From contig JAGZEG010000002.1 of the NCBI GenBank assembly GCA_018368455.1, positions 198,949 through 262,948 on the forward strand: a stretch of 64,000 nucleotides of DNA, written 5' to 3'. Position 1 is the first letter of the stretch. Each line of letters begins with the position of its first letter. Made by a program: the position numbers and the translations under genes. Of the stretch, positions 1-9,764 are shown piece after piece. This DNA comes from Coriobacteriia bacterium (GTDB taxonomy: Bacteria; Actinomycetota; Coriobacteriia; Coriobacteriales; UMGS124). The notes under the pieces were generated by a model. That model saw only the letters and a program-made list of their open reading frames with translations, was not told where the DNA came from and searched no databases.

Positions 1-1374
1 CCCGCCCGCAGCATCGGGCTCCGCGTGCAAGCCCAGCAGCGTGACTTCGGGGTGCTCACGCGCCCAGAACGCCGTCGTCTCGTCGATACCCGCCGGGCCT
101 TGGTCGTTGACGTGGTTCGTCGCACCGAGCACGATGCCGAAACCCGCATCCACCAGCGCATCGCCCAGCGATTGCGGCGTCGCAAACAGCGGGTAGCCGC
201 TGCGACGGGCCGGGTTTTCCACGAGGACCGTCTCCTGGCAGACCGCCGCCAGATCGCTCGCCCCGATTCGCCCGCGCACGTGATCGAACAGCGGCGCGAA
301 GTCAAAACTGCGGATCGCAGCGTCATAGGCGCCTTCGTAGATGTTCGGATGCGCAATCACGTCGCCCACAACGAGCAGGGAAAGCGAGCCGTCGCCACCG
401 CCCGCGCCAGTCGGGCCCTCGTCCTCGACCAGCGCAAACCCCCACGACAGCCACTCCCACAGCGTCACGCCCCTGTCCGCCGACATGATGCGCAGCCGAG
501 GCCGGCGAACCGAGGAAGGCGGCGCGGGTTCCATCTCTATCCGGGCAGCCTCCACGCCGAGCCGCGATGACATCCACACCGGATAGAGCCGGCCAGCGCT
601 CCGGCCCCCGGCATCGCGATCCGCAGAACCGACGGGCGCCATGCGATCAGCTCGCCAGCGATACATGAAGAGGTGCTGGGTAAGCGGCTCCTCCGAGGTA
701 GCGCCCCCATCCCCTTTGGCGCTCAGCCAGAACGGCCGAGAGCTGCCGAAATTGCCGTGGCGCCACAGCAGGAAGACGACCTCGAGCGCCCCATCGCCAT
801 CGAAATCCGCAGCAAAGACGTCGGACACCTGCCAGTCCTCCGGCGTCTCAAGCAGCACGCCGTCGCCCGCAGCGCCGGCATCCCCGTCGACGCCGGCATG
901 TGCGTCCCGGCCCCCGGCCGGCGCGCTAGCAGCGGCCGCGTCAGGCGTCTCGCCACTCGCGTTGCCCGCGCCCGCAACCCCAACCGGCGCGCCGTCCGAA
1001 ACACCAATGCCAGTGCCGATCCCGCCTTCGGCCATCGCGCCAGCCGGCCCACCGCTCGCGTCGTCCGCGTCACCCTCTGCACGCGCATCCGCAACCCCAA
1101 CCGGCACGTCGCCCGCAGCCCCGGCCCCACTCGCCCGCCCATCGCGCACGACCAGGCGGCGGTCTCGCAGCTCGATGCTCTCGTCGATCCCGTCGCCATC
1201 CAGGTCGGCCGCCAGCTCGGCATCGGAGAACGTCGCCCACGCGGGCGGCTCACCGCCCGGCTCGGCGCCCAAAGCCGTGTGCGCCAGGGCGGCGGGGCCG
1301 GCAAGCACGCCCAGCCCCAGCCCCGCCGTCAACATGCGCGCAACCTCTCGCCGCGAGAAACCCTCGGCGCCCAC
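1..1374 (-). CDS. Secreted CapA/PGA_cap-family metallophosphatase-like protein with N-terminal DxDGDG (FG-GAP/VCBS-like) repeats; partial, C-terminus lies beyond the left edge
   Basis: Absent from the ORF track because there is no stop in the window. My translation of the minus strand is open from 1374 to 1. GTG 1374 (alt ATG 1335) gives FSRREVARMLTAGLGLGVLAGPAALA. Later LLVVGDVIAHPN..FDFAPLF..ASDLAAVCQET..SGYPLFATPQSLGDALVDAGFGIVLGATNHVNDQG follows the CapA pattern. Confidence 0.6.
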   Translation of the reverse strand, partial: MGAEGFSRREVARMLTAGLGLGVLAGPAALAHTALGAEPGGEPPAWATFSDAELAADLDGDGIDESIELRDRRLVVRDGRASGAGAAGDVPVGVADARAEGDADDASGGPAGAMAEGGIGTGIGVSDGAPVGVAGAGNASGETPDAAAASAPAGGRDAHAGVDGDAGAAGDGVLLETPEDWQVSDVFAADFDGDGALEVVFLLWRHGNFGSSRPFWLSAKGDGGATSEEPLTQHLFMYRWRADRMAPVGSADRDAGGRSAGRLYPVWMSSRLGVEAARIEMEPAPPSSVRRPRLRIMSADRGVTLWEWLSWGFALVEDEGPTGAGGGDGSLSLLVVGDVIAHPNIYEGAYDAAIRSFDFAPLFDHVRGRIGASDLAAVCQETVLVENPARRSGYPLFATPQSLGDALVDAGFGIVLGATNHVNDQGPAGIDETTAFWAREHPEVTLLGLHAEPDAAGG

Positions 1375-1385
1375 AGGGCCGCGCT

Positions 1386-3758
1386 CTACCACAGGTCCTG
1401 CGCGCTGAACGCGAAGTCCTTCACCCACGGCACGACGTCCGCAGCCCGCTGCTGGGCGGCATCCCAGTCGAACGTCGTGTAGTCGTTCACCTGGACGCCG
1501 ATCATCTCGCGCCACGTCGAGTCCGTCAGCCGCTGATCGATAGGCTGCGCAAACTGGTAGAAGCTATACGCGGGCCCCGACGCAAGGCGCAGCGTCCCGT
1601 CCACCGGCACGATGACAGTCAGGTTCGCGATAGTGCCTGTCCCGATCTCCAGAACAGCGCCGTTGGGATCGGTCGCAATGTCTGTCACGATGGCCGCCGG
1701 GAACTCCGTCGTCGTGAACTCCACGCCACCGGCGTCCTCCTCGTGCACCGCCTGCCAGAAGTGCTCGAGCTGCACGCCAAAGCTGCGGATGAGCTCAAAC
1801 TCGTCTTCGGTCGGCAGTTCGGCGCGCAGCTCCTTGTTGGCGATGACGCGCAGCTGTTCGGCAAGCTGCTGCAGAATGGAAAGGTTGTCCAGGTCGGCCT
1901 GATCGGGCATGCCATACAGAGACAGACCCGCCGAGGTCGCCTGCACGAGCGACCCCAGCCGACCAAACACCGCCGGCTCGGGCTCCACGTAACCGCGGTC
2001 GTCGCGAGGATCGATAACCACACCGCCCGCCTCGGCCATCACCTGCTTGGCATAGAGCACCGTGTCGTGCTTGAGCTCGGCAAAGCTGCCGCCAAACGTC
2101 TTGAGGCTGCGGCGCGCCCACGCCTCGCCCTGCATGGCGTTCGGCCAACCGGCGCCCTTCACGTCCAGCAGCGGGCGCAGCATGTTGAGCCACTGCGCAT
2201 ACAGGCTCGCCTTCCACAGCGAGTCCGGCGCCGCCGCAATGCCCTCGCGCACCTTCGTGAGTTGCTCGTCATAGTTGGGATATGTCGTGTCGCCCTGCCC
2301 AGCCAGAACATCGTAGGCCGCCTGCGAGCCAAGCGCCGCCGGTACGTCGAGCACGTCGGGCAGCAGGCGCTGGGCCCCGTCTTCGCGTTCCTTCACGCGG
2401 TCGTAGATGAGCTGCTGGAAGATGGACGCGTCGAGCGTGAAGCGCTGCCCCATGAAGCGGAAGCCCTTGTTTTCATCGAGGCGGTCGACGTCCTCCTCGT
2501 CGTCGAGCATGGGGATGGAGTTGATCTGCGGCGCCGGCAGCTGAGCCGCGAGGTCGCTGAACGCCTTCCAACCAGCGTCGTTGCCCGGCAGGGAAGTCGG
2601 CGAGGCATCCGCGCCGAACGCGGAGCGCACCAGCGGGATGTACTCGTAGAAGCCCGCGTCGTCGCTCGCGCCCGCAAAGAACGACGTCACCTGGTAGATG
2701 GATGCCCACGCCGCATCGGGCGAGACTGCGGCCGCCCCGGAGTCCACCGCAGAGCCATCCGGCCCCACGATGCCCATAGCAGCAGGCAGCCCGTTCGTCG
2801 TCCCCAGCTGCGCCAGTGCCATCGTCATAAGCAAAGCAGCGCGGCCGAGCAGCTCGGAGGACTGCGTGAAGTTACGCCGGCCATACCACATCATCGCGCG
2901 GAAGTAGCTCGACAGCGCTTCGCTCTCGGCATAGTAGCCGCGCGGCGCGTACTGCGTGTAATCCTCCTCCGCACCCTCGAACAGCGGCGAGGGGGCGATA
3001 CCCGCCGCGTCCGTGACAAGCCGCAGCTCCTCGGAGGCCATGCCCTGCGTCTCGGCGTCGAGCTGCGAAAACGCGCCCGTCATCGGATCGAGCAGGGCCG
3101 TCCCCACCGCAAAGAAGCCGGTGTTGAGCCGGGCCGCCGCCTCCCACTCCGACCCCGCCAGCACCTGGAGCTGCGTGAGGCTCTCGTCGAACATGCGCAT
3201 GCTCAGGTCGAGCAGCGCTGTGGCAAGGTGGTCGCGCTCGACTTTCTTGAGCAAGTAGGCAAAGTAAAGGTGGTACGTGTGCACCATGGAGTCAACCGTG
3301 ACAAAGTTCGGCATGAGGTTGTAGCGGTTTATCTCGTAGAGCTCAAAGAACTCGTAGCCGCCCGAGCCGAGGATCTCGTAGAAGCCGCGCTCCCGCAGGG
3401 AGGCGAGGGCCGCGTCGGCTTGATACGCGTCTCCGATGTTGATGACGTTGCCCAGGTCGTCGGCCCAGGGCATATCGGGCACGCTCGGTACCTGGGACTC
3501 GAGCTCCTCGGGAAGTCCATCGAGGAAGAGCGGCCGCTGAACAGGCGCGTCAGCCGGGGCGATGTCGGCCGTCGCGGAGGTGTCAGAGCTCGCGCCACCC
3601 GTAAAGAACGAGAACCAGCCGTCGGCATGCGCGGGACGGGCGAAGGCCCCGCCAGCCGCAACGGCAGCCACCGCGCCCGCCGCCGCGACAAACGCGCGCC
3701 TCGAGAGCGCACGCACACCATCGGAAGGGATCGAATCGGACGTGCGCCGCTGCGTCAT
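1386..3758 (-). CDS. Tat-signal secreted protein (~790 aa), function unknown, possibly DUF3160-like
   Basis: Long ORF 1386..3818. Internal ATG 3758 is preceded by GGAG. N-terminus MTQRRTS..LSRRAFVAAAGAVAAVAAGGAFARPAHA is a twin-arginine signal. The DUF3160 call is from memory of family composition only. Confidence 0.6.
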   Translation of the reverse strand: MTQRRTSDSIPSDGVRALSRRAFVAAAGAVAAVAAGGAFARPAHADGWFSFFTGGASSDTSATADIAPADAPVQRPLFLDGLPEELESQVPSVPDMPWADDLGNVINIGDAYQADAALASLRERGFYEILGSGGYEFFELYEINRYNLMPNFVTVDSMVHTYHLYFAYLLKKVERDHLATALLDLSMRMFDESLTQLQVLAGSEWEAAARLNTGFFAVGTALLDPMTGAFSQLDAETQGMASEELRLVTDAAGIAPSPLFEGAEEDYTQYAPRGYYAESEALSSYFRAMMWYGRRNFTQSSELLGRAALLMTMALAQLGTTNGLPAAMGIVGPDGSAVDSGAAAVSPDAAWASIYQVTSFFAGASDDAGFYEYIPLVRSAFGADASPTSLPGNDAGWKAFSDLAAQLPAPQINSIPMLDDEEDVDRLDENKGFRFMGQRFTLDASIFQQLIYDRVKEREDGAQRLLPDVLDVPAALGSQAAYDVLAGQGDTTYPNYDEQLTKVREGIAAAPDSLWKASLYAQWLNMLRPLLDVKGAGWPNAMQGEAWARRSLKTFGGSFAELKHDTVLYAKQVMAEAGGVVIDPRDDRGYVEPEPAVFGRLGSLVQATSAGLSLYGMPDQADLDNLSILQQLAEQLRVIANKELRAELPTEDEFELIRSFGVQLEHFWQAVHEEDAGGVEFTTTEFPAAIVTDIATDPNGAVLEIGTGTIANLTVIVPVDGTLRLASGPAYSFYQFAQPIDQRLTDSTWREMIGVQVNDYTTFDWDAAQQRAADVVPWVKDFAFSAQDLW

Positions 3759-3871
3759 GGAAGACTCCAATCCTCGGAGACGGGAGACCTGTCGATGACG
3801 AGTATACGCCCCAGACACCTGGGAAATGGTGCGCAGGGAGTTCGCGCGCAGTTCGGGGAAACGACCGCGCC

Positions 3872-4774
3872 CTACCGCGACGCATCTCGCGGCCGCGCAA
3901 CCGCATTCGCCAGACGCAGCCGAGCCAGTGTCAGCGAGCCGCGTAGGCTCGCCGCCTCAACCGCCATGTACAGCCGCGTATACACCTTGCCCCGCACCGG
4001 CATGACGCGCGGCGCCACGACGGGACCCGCCTGCCGCAAGCCCCACTTACGCAGGCAGGCGGCCAGATCCGCACACACCGAGCCGTCCTCGTCAAAGCCG
4101 GGGATGCTCTCCTCGTCCGCCCGGTACGGCATGGTTAGGCACGGCCTCCCGCCGAAGCGCGCCGGCTCGCCGGAATAGTCGGCCAGCTCGGGCAGCAAGT
4201 CGTGATAACGCGAGGGGATGGACCTGCCCCACCTCGTCTCGACATGGCGGGGATTCGTCACGTCGATATCCATGATGGCGGCGAACATGGACATGGGCAT
4301 GCCCTCGAACAGGCTGTCCTGGGCCTCGCTCGCCTCGAAGCGGTCGTAGCCGCCCTCGCACCCGTCGTAATACACGAGCCACTCCTCAGCCATGACGAGC
4401 TGGGGCGGCGCGTCGTAGTCGCTCGTGATAGCCGAGGACAGGCGCTCGAGCTGCTCGTGGATGGCCTGGGCCCGCGCGAGCTGGTGGGCGCTTCGCTCCA
4501 GACAGCTTTCCATGAGTTCCGCAGCGTCCCCATCCGCGTCGTCCACGACGTCTTTGACCTGCTGCACCTGAAAGCCGGCGTTCTTGAGCATGACGCACTC
4601 AGCCACGCGGAACACGTCGATGTTCGAGTAGGTACGGTAGTTCGACTCGGGGTCGCGACGCGGCGAGATGATGCCGAGCTGTTCGTAGTAGCGCAGCGTA
4701 CCTCGCGATATGCCGAGGGCACTGAGCAGCACGTTCGTAGGATACGACTTGCCACGAGCCGTCGTGGGAGCCAT
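3872..4774 (-). CDS. MerR-family transcriptional regulator with C-terminal effector-type domain
   Basis: ATG 4774 preceded by GGAGG. The N-terminus YPTNVLLSALGISRGTLRYYEQLGIISPRRDPESNYRTYSNIDVFRV is a typical MerR wHTH. Confidence 0.8.
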   Translation of the reverse strand: MAPTTARGKSYPTNVLLSALGISRGTLRYYEQLGIISPRRDPESNYRTYSNIDVFRVAECVMLKNAGFQVQQVKDVVDDADGDAAELMESCLERSAHQLARAQAIHEQLERLSSAITSDYDAPPQLVMAEEWLVYYDGCEGGYDRFEASEAQDSLFEGMPMSMFAAIMDIDVTNPRHVETRWGRSIPSRYHDLLPELADYSGEPARFGGRPCLTMPYRADEESIPGFDEDGSVCADLAACLRKWGLRQAGPVVAPRVMPVRGKVYTRLYMAVEAASLRGSLTLARLRLANAVARPRDASR

Positions 4775-4982
4775 GGAGCCTCCGTCTCGAAGTGCCGCGC
4801 GTCGCGAAAGCACGGCAGGCCTGCGGACAAACGGAAGAGGCCGTCCCCTCCGACAGGAGACGGCCTCCTTTGCTCCCACTTTACCCGAACGATGTGCGTC
4901 CGGACAGACCATTCCGCTCAGCGGCGCCACCCAAACGGGGCTATTTTGCCGCTAAGCGCAGTCCCGCAGGCAGCCGACGAGC

Positions 4983-6560
4983 CTACGCCACGCCGTTGGC
5001 CGCGTTCTCGCCAGCGATCTTGCCGAACACGAGGCACTCAGCGATGTTGCCCGTGCCCTGGTAGTAGTAGGCGTTCACGCCACCGCACTCGCCAGCGGAG
5101 AACAGGTTGGGGATGGGGTTGCCATCGGTGCCCATGACCTGAGCCTTGGAGTTGCGGCGCGGGCCACCCTGCGTGTTGAGCATCGCAGGCTGCAGCGGCA
5201 GAGCGTACAGCGTGCCAGAGAACGGACGCATGCTCTCGGCGGGACGGTCGTACTCGATGTCCTCGCCCGTCTCGGCATAGCCGTTGAAGCGCTCGATCGT
5301 CTTGGCCAGGATCTCGGGGTCGGCGTCGATCTTGCCGGCCAGCTCGGCCGCGTCGGCACCGGAGACGATGATGTCGTCAACGTTGTCCGGCAGAACCGCG
5401 AGCTCCTCGAGCAGGGCCTTCTGCTCCTCGTCGAACACCATGTGAGGACGATAGCTCTGGTTCGGGATGCGCCAGGTGCCGTGGCTGTACACGTGCCCGT
5501 GACGATCGGTGTAATCCTCGCGGAAGAAGCGCGAGCCGTCCTCGGCGACGCAGATGAGCGCGCCGTACGTAGCCGGCTCAAAGCCCGACGACATGAACAG
5601 GCGGCAGCGCTCGCCCTCGGCGACCTCGTAGGCGTTGCCGCCGAGCATGCCAAGGCTCTCATAGTTGTGCATGTGCCACAGGTCAGCGCCGACCTCGATG
5701 CCCATGCGCACGCCGTCGCCGACGTTGTACAAGCCACCGATGGGGGCCATGCGGGGCACGCCCAGGTAGTCCTGGATCATCTGCTTGTTGCACTCGAAGC
5801 CGCCGCAGGCCAGAACGACCGCGCCAGCGCCAACGCGCACCTCGGAGCCCTCGTGCTCGATGACGGCGCCCTGGATGGCCTTCGTCTCGGGATCCTGGAT
5901 GAGGTGCGTGGCCGGGGACTCGAGCCACACGGTGATGTTGGACTCGCCCTGGACAGCGCCCTGGACCGTCGCGTAGAGCTGGCCGTCGAAGCAGTTGTCG
6001 TGCACGGTCACGGCGTCAACAGAGGCCGCGTCCTCGAGCTCGGGATACTCGGGGCAGACCCACTTGTAAATGGCCGCGATGTCCATGCCGGCCGTCTGCT
6101 CGTCGCCCGTGTGCTCGGCGGCGTACTCGCTCCAGATGCAGGGCTCGGTGGCACCGAGGTCGCGCATGATGTCGGGCGTCGTCGTGATGCCCTCGGCGTA
6201 CACGTCGATGATGTCGGCGTCCTGGTCCATCTTCCAACCGAGGTTAGCGAGGTAGCGCTTGAGGGACTCGACGTCCTTCGTGTACATGGCGATCTGGCCG
6301 CAGAAGCGGGAGTTGCCGCCCTCGCCGCCCTCGGGAGCGCGATCGACGAGCAGGACCTTGGCGCCGGCACGTGCAGCGTAGACGGCAGCCGTACCGCCAG
6401 CAGCGCCGTAGCCGACGACGACGACGTCGTAGTTCTCGTCAAACGACGGGGCCTCGTCAGCGACGGCGAGGCTGGTCGCAGCGGCGCCGAGAGCAACAGC
6501 GGCGCTGGCGCCAGCGACGAACTGGCGACGGGTGGGCGAGTGCGTGGAAGTGGCAGACAT
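4983..6560 (-). CDS. Tat-exported FAD-binding flavoprotein reductase (fumarate reductase/urocanate reductase family)
   Basis: ATG 6560 preceded by GAGGAGG. SPTRRQFVAGASAAVALGAAATSLAVA is a Tat signal. DVVVVGYGAAGGTAAVYAARAGAKVLLVDRAPEGG is a dinucleotide-binding motif. C-terminal NLFSAGECGG is typical of FrdA/FccA-like flavoproteins. Confidence 0.8.
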   Translation of the reverse strand: MSATSTHSPTRRQFVAGASAAVALGAAATSLAVADEAPSFDENYDVVVVGYGAAGGTAAVYAARAGAKVLLVDRAPEGGEGGNSRFCGQIAMYTKDVESLKRYLANLGWKMDQDADIIDVYAEGITTTPDIMRDLGATEPCIWSEYAAEHTGDEQTAGMDIAAIYKWVCPEYPELEDAASVDAVTVHDNCFDGQLYATVQGAVQGESNITVWLESPATHLIQDPETKAIQGAVIEHEGSEVRVGAGAVVLACGGFECNKQMIQDYLGVPRMAPIGGLYNVGDGVRMGIEVGADLWHMHNYESLGMLGGNAYEVAEGERCRLFMSSGFEPATYGALICVAEDGSRFFREDYTDRHGHVYSHGTWRIPNQSYRPHMVFDEEQKALLEELAVLPDNVDDIIVSGADAAELAGKIDADPEILAKTIERFNGYAETGEDIEYDRPAESMRPFSGTLYALPLQPAMLNTQGGPRRNSKAQVMGTDGNPIPNLFSAGECGGVNAYYYQGTGNIAECLVFGKIAGENAANGVA

Positions 6561-6965
6561 AAGTAGCAGCCTCCTCGTAAGATCCCTTTCCGGCACGTCC
6601 TGCTCGGGCTTGTCGTGCGATGCGCCCGATCAAGTCATGCGTGGATCGGTGATTCCAGGCGCCCCCTTGGCGTCTGGGCTGGCCTCAGAGTGGGTTGGCT
6701 AGGCTATGCGGGTCAAGAGTTTTTTAAACCGCAGGTAAACGGCATAGTGCACACGTCAATGGCACAGGGTGTGCGAGTGTGGGGGTGAGCTTCCACCTGT
6801 CAATAGCATGGCGTTCGCACCCATGTGGTGCCATACCGGCTACGGTATCCGGGGTCTCAGGCGACCTTGGGGAAGCGGGGCGGATGTGGGATGGGCCCCT
6901 TGCGGTGGAATCCACGTTCGCCCTGCGCCCCGCCGAGGCCCCGACGGCGCACACGCAGGCGTATC

Positions 6966-7994
6966 ATGGGCCGCATGATGACGACGACTCCTTCTCCCGA
7001 AACATATCCAGCCCCGCAGGCACCCGCGACCGCCCCCATCCGCGGGAGATTCGCGCCCACACCGTCGGGACGCATGCATCTCGGCAACGTGTGGTGTGCC
7101 CTCATGGCATGGCTCGCCGTGCGCTCACGGGGAGGCACGCTCGTCCTGCGCATCGAGGACCTCGACCGCCACAAGATCCCTGCCGGGGCCGAGGCCGCTC
7201 TCATCGACGACCTGCGCTGGCTCGGGTTCGACTGGGACGAGGGACCTATCCGCCAAAGCGAGCGCACGGCGCTGTACGCCGAGCACGCCGCCCGCCTCAC
7301 CGCCGCCGGCCTCACGTACCCCTGCTTCTGCTCGAGAGCTGACCTGCACGCCGCCGAAGCGCCTCACGCCAGCGACGGCACGCCCATATACGCGGGCACA
7401 TGCCGGAGGCTCTCTCCCGAGCAGGTCGCTCACTTGCGCGCCACCCGGCAGCGGCCGCCCGCACTGCGCCTCGTAGTGCCCGGCGAAGACGACCCCGCGG
7501 GCACCATCTGCTTCGAGGACGGCACGTACGGCCCGCGCCGCGAGGTGCTGGCGCAAGAATGTGGCGACTTCCTCGTGCAGCGCTCCGACGGCGTATTCTC
7601 CTACCAGCTCGCCGTGACCGTGGACGACGCGCTCATGGGCGTCACGCAGGTCGTGCGCGGATGCGACCTGCTGCCCTCGACGGCTCGCCAGATCTACCTG
7701 CAGCGGCTGCTCGGCTTTGCGCAGCCCGCCTATGCGCACATCCCGCTGCTGCTGGCGGCCGACGGCACGCGGCGGCTCTCCAAGCGCGACCACGACTGCG
7801 ACCTTGGCTTCATGCGCGAGCACTTCGGACGGCCCGAGGTTCTGCTGGGACGGCTCGCCCAGCTCGGAGGCCTGCGCGACGCGGACGAGCCCGTCTCGGC
7901 GCGCGAGCTGCTCGACGGCTTCTCGTGGGATGCGTGGGCGACAGACCCCGCCCACCGTATGGACATCCCTGTGCCGGGGTCGTTCTTCTGCTGA
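6966..7994 (+). CDS. gluQ: tRNA glutamyl-Q(34) synthetase (GluQRS)
   Basis: RGRFAPTPSGRMHLGN (HIGH-like), LVLRIEDLD, DDLRWLGFDWDEGPIRQSER and the PCFCSR..GTCR zinc motif match truncated GluRS paralogs. The start at 6966 is one of three close ATGs. Confidence 0.85.
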   Translation: MGRMMTTTPSPETYPAPQAPATAPIRGRFAPTPSGRMHLGNVWCALMAWLAVRSRGGTLVLRIEDLDRHKIPAGAEAALIDDLRWLGFDWDEGPIRQSERTALYAEHAARLTAAGLTYPCFCSRADLHAAEAPHASDGTPIYAGTCRRLSPEQVAHLRATRQRPPALRLVVPGEDDPAGTICFEDGTYGPRREVLAQECGDFLVQRSDGVFSYQLAVTVDDALMGVTQVVRGCDLLPSTARQIYLQRLLGFAQPAYAHIPLLLAADGTRRLSKRDHDCDLGFMREHFGRPEVLLGRLAQLGGLRDADEPVSARELLDGFSWDAWATDPAHRMDIPVPGSFFC

Positions 7995-8130
7995 GAGGCT
8001 CGTGACGTGCAGCGCGGGCTGCGTGCCTCGGGCGCGCGACTCGAGGGCGGCGCGGGCGCGAGCCAAGAGCACGAGTCGAGGGCGGCGCGGGCGCGAGTCC
8101 CCAGTAGCGCGGCCCGGCCACGGTGCCCCG

Positions 8131-8214
8131 CTGGGCGCAACGTGCGGTTCTGCGAGGTTTTGCAAAACGGCGTCTCCGAAATGGGCGCGATCTTCGGTTC
8201 TGCTCGATTTGCGG
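8131..8214. repeat. Intergenic repeat unit, TTTTGCAAAAC family, inverted copy
   Basis: The reverse complement aligns along its length with 8310..8393 and 44932..45014 (..gatcgcgcccatttc..gttttgcaaaacct.gca.aaccgca..). Confidence 0.7.
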
Positions 8215-8309
8215 AGATCGTCGCGGCGCAGGGAACGGCGCTGCCGAGAGAACCCGCAGGTAGAGAGACTGCAGGCAACAAGCCGCCCCAGCTCGCGCGC
8301 TCAAACCAC

Positions 8310-8393
8310 CGCGCAAACCTCGCACGACCGCAATCTGCGCCCATTTCCAGGCGTCGGTTTTGCAAAACCTAGCACAACCGCAGATCGCGCCCC
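8310..8393. repeat. Intergenic repeat unit, TTTTGCAAAAC family, direct copy
   Basis: cgcgcaaacctcgcacgaccgcaatctgcgcccatttccaggcgtcggttttgcaaaacctagcacaaccgcagatcgcgccc is near-identical in layout to 44932..45014. Confidence 0.7.
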
Positions 8394-8690
8394 CGGTGAT
8401 GCCAGCTACGCGGCCCGCATCGTTCAGACCTCAGGGACCTCCCGAGATTCGCGTCGTCGATCGCGAGTACAGGGCCCCCGCCCACCTGCAAAGCATCTTC
8501 GAGCGGTTCTTTTGCAAGGCCAGCGCCGCGACCTGCAGCAGAGCGACGCCGAGCTCGGGCTGGCCCCCACACGTGAAATCGTTGCAGCTCACGGAAGCGC
8601 TATCCAAACCGAAAGCATCTGCGCCTCATGACGCCTACAATCACCCTGCCCATGGGCCCGAACAGCTCAACCGAAATGTAAGGAGTCCCT

Positions 8691-9467
8691 GTGACACAGT
8701 TCAGCCACGTCATCATCCGCCGCCCCGGAAAGTCGCTGTGCAACGGTATCACCAGCGCACCGGAACTCGGTCAGCCCATCTACGAACGCGCCCTCGAGGA
8801 GCACTACGACTACGAGCATGCCCTTGAGAAGTGCGGCGTCGACGTGACGGTTCTGCCCGCGCTCGAGGAGTACCCGGACAGCTGCTTTGTGGAGGACCCT
8901 GCAGTGATCACGCGTTGTGGGACTATCATCACCAACCCCGGAGCCGCAAGCCGCAACGGAGAGAAGAACGAGATCGAGCCCGTCCTGCGACGCTTCTTCG
9001 ACGACGACCACATCGCGCGTATCGAGGCACCCGGCACGCTTGAAGGCGGCGACGTCATGATGGTGGGCGACTACTTCTATGTTGGGCGCTCGGCCCGCAC
9101 GAATGATGAGGGCATTCGTCAGTTCTGCGAGATCCTCAGGGGCTGGGGCCTCGAAGGCTCCGAGGTGCCGCTCGAGGAGGTGCTGCACCTCAAGACCGGC
9201 GTCAACTACATCGAGAACGGCAACATGCTCGTCTCGGGCGAGTTCATCGACAAGCCCGACTTCGCTTCATATAACAAGGTTGTAGTCCCCGCCGAGGAGG
9301 CCTACGGCGCCAACTGCATCTGGGTGAATGGCACCGTCATCGTGGCGCAGGGCTACCCCACCGTGCTCAAGGCGGTGCAAGACCTGGGCTACCCGACCCT
9401 CGTGGTGGACACGAGCGAGTACCGCAAGATTGACGGCGGGCTCTCCTGCCTGTCGCTGCGTTTCTAG
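8691..9467 (+). CDS. N(G),N(G)-dimethylarginine dimethylaminohydrolase (DDAH; amidinotransferase fold)
   Basis: GTG start with AGGAG 5 nt upstream. Collinear with bacterial DDAH as I recall it: HVIIRRPGKSL..FVEDP..GDVMMVGDYFYVGRSARTN..VLHLKTG..ANCIWVNGTVIV..DTSEYRKIDGGLSCLSLRF. Confidence 0.9.
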   Translation: MTQFSHVIIRRPGKSLCNGITSAPELGQPIYERALEEHYDYEHALEKCGVDVTVLPALEEYPDSCFVEDPAVITRCGTIITNPGAASRNGEKNEIEPVLRRFFDDDHIARIEAPGTLEGGDVMMVGDYFYVGRSARTNDEGIRQFCEILRGWGLEGSEVPLEEVLHLKTGVNYIENGNMLVSGEFIDKPDFASYNKVVVPAEEAYGANCIWVNGTVIVAQGYPTVLKAVQDLGYPTLVVDTSEYRKIDGGLSCLSLRF

Positions 9468-9510
9468 GCGTCGGGGCCCCTCGGGCCCGAGTCACTGACC
9501 CGCCCCCATC

Positions 9511-9548
9511 AAACGCAAACGGGGGCCGGATGCGAACGTCCGGCCCCC
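9511..9548 (-). terminator. Rho-independent terminator hairpin downstream of the tRNA-like 3' end at 9563
   Basis: The minus strand reads ggggccggacgttcgcatccggcccc followed by gtttgcgttt. It has the same flanks as the tRNA-Ser terminator but a different stem, with compensatory changes. Confidence 0.5.
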
Positions 9549-9562
9549 GTAGCATGCACAAC

Positions 9563-9705
9563 TGGCGGAGAGCTGGGGATCCATGCCTGCCTGCGGCAGT
9601 CACATCCTGCTTCGGCCGCGCCGCGACCTCGCCCGCTCGCTACGGGCGGCGCGCTGCGCCCCTCGCCGTATGCTCGCGCCCTCCCGGGTTCGAATCCCCA
9701 GCTCA
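9563..9705 (-). other. Unclassified tRNA-Ser-related element: 17-nt copy of the tRNA-Ser 3' end (..gctctccgcca) plus a ~120-nt GC-rich body closed by a 10-bp stem
   Basis: 9563..9579 is identical to the 3' end of the adjacent tRNA-Ser gene. 9685..9704 resembles its T-arm in the opposite orientation. gagctgggga/tccccagctc can pair. No canonical cloverleaf could be drawn. Confidence 0.3.
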
Positions 9706-9715
9706 GGCTTCCCTT

Positions 9716-9750
9716 AAACGCAAACGGGGTCGAGCAAGAAGCTCGACCCC
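9716..9750 (-). terminator. Rho-independent terminator of tRNA-Ser
   Basis: The minus strand reads ggggtcgagcttcttgctcgacccc followed by gtttgcgttt, 14 nt after the CCA end. Confidence 0.6.
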
Positions 9751-9764
9751 GTAGCATGTGCAAC

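Noticed and set aside
25-1482. Plus-strand ORFs 25-570, 641-1408 and 673-1482
   Set aside because: The minus strand is continuously open here and encodes a coherent signal peptide, DxDGDG repeats and a CapA-like domain. The plus-strand products are low-complexity.
1743-4178. 811-aa plus-strand ORF, and similar long ORFs at 15449-16825(+), 23852-26197(+), 27682-28980(-), 29252-31210(-), 41016-42767(-), 55227-57302(-), 58446-60185(-) and 10347-11726(+)
   Set aside because: All lie antisense to genes with clear family motifs. Their translations are Arg/Gly/Ala/His-rich with no recognisable domains, as expected for shadow ORFs in high-GC DNA.
9563-9705. Second tRNA-Ser, tRNA-Sec, tmRNA or SRP RNA
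   Set aside because: There is no 5-bp T-stem around a T-loop and no canonical anticodon loop; the only 7-nt loop, tcacatc, lacks U33. The length of ~122-143 nt does not fit a tRNA. The SRP domain IV motif (GGAAGGAAGCAGC-like) and tmRNA features were not found. It is kept only as an unclassified element.
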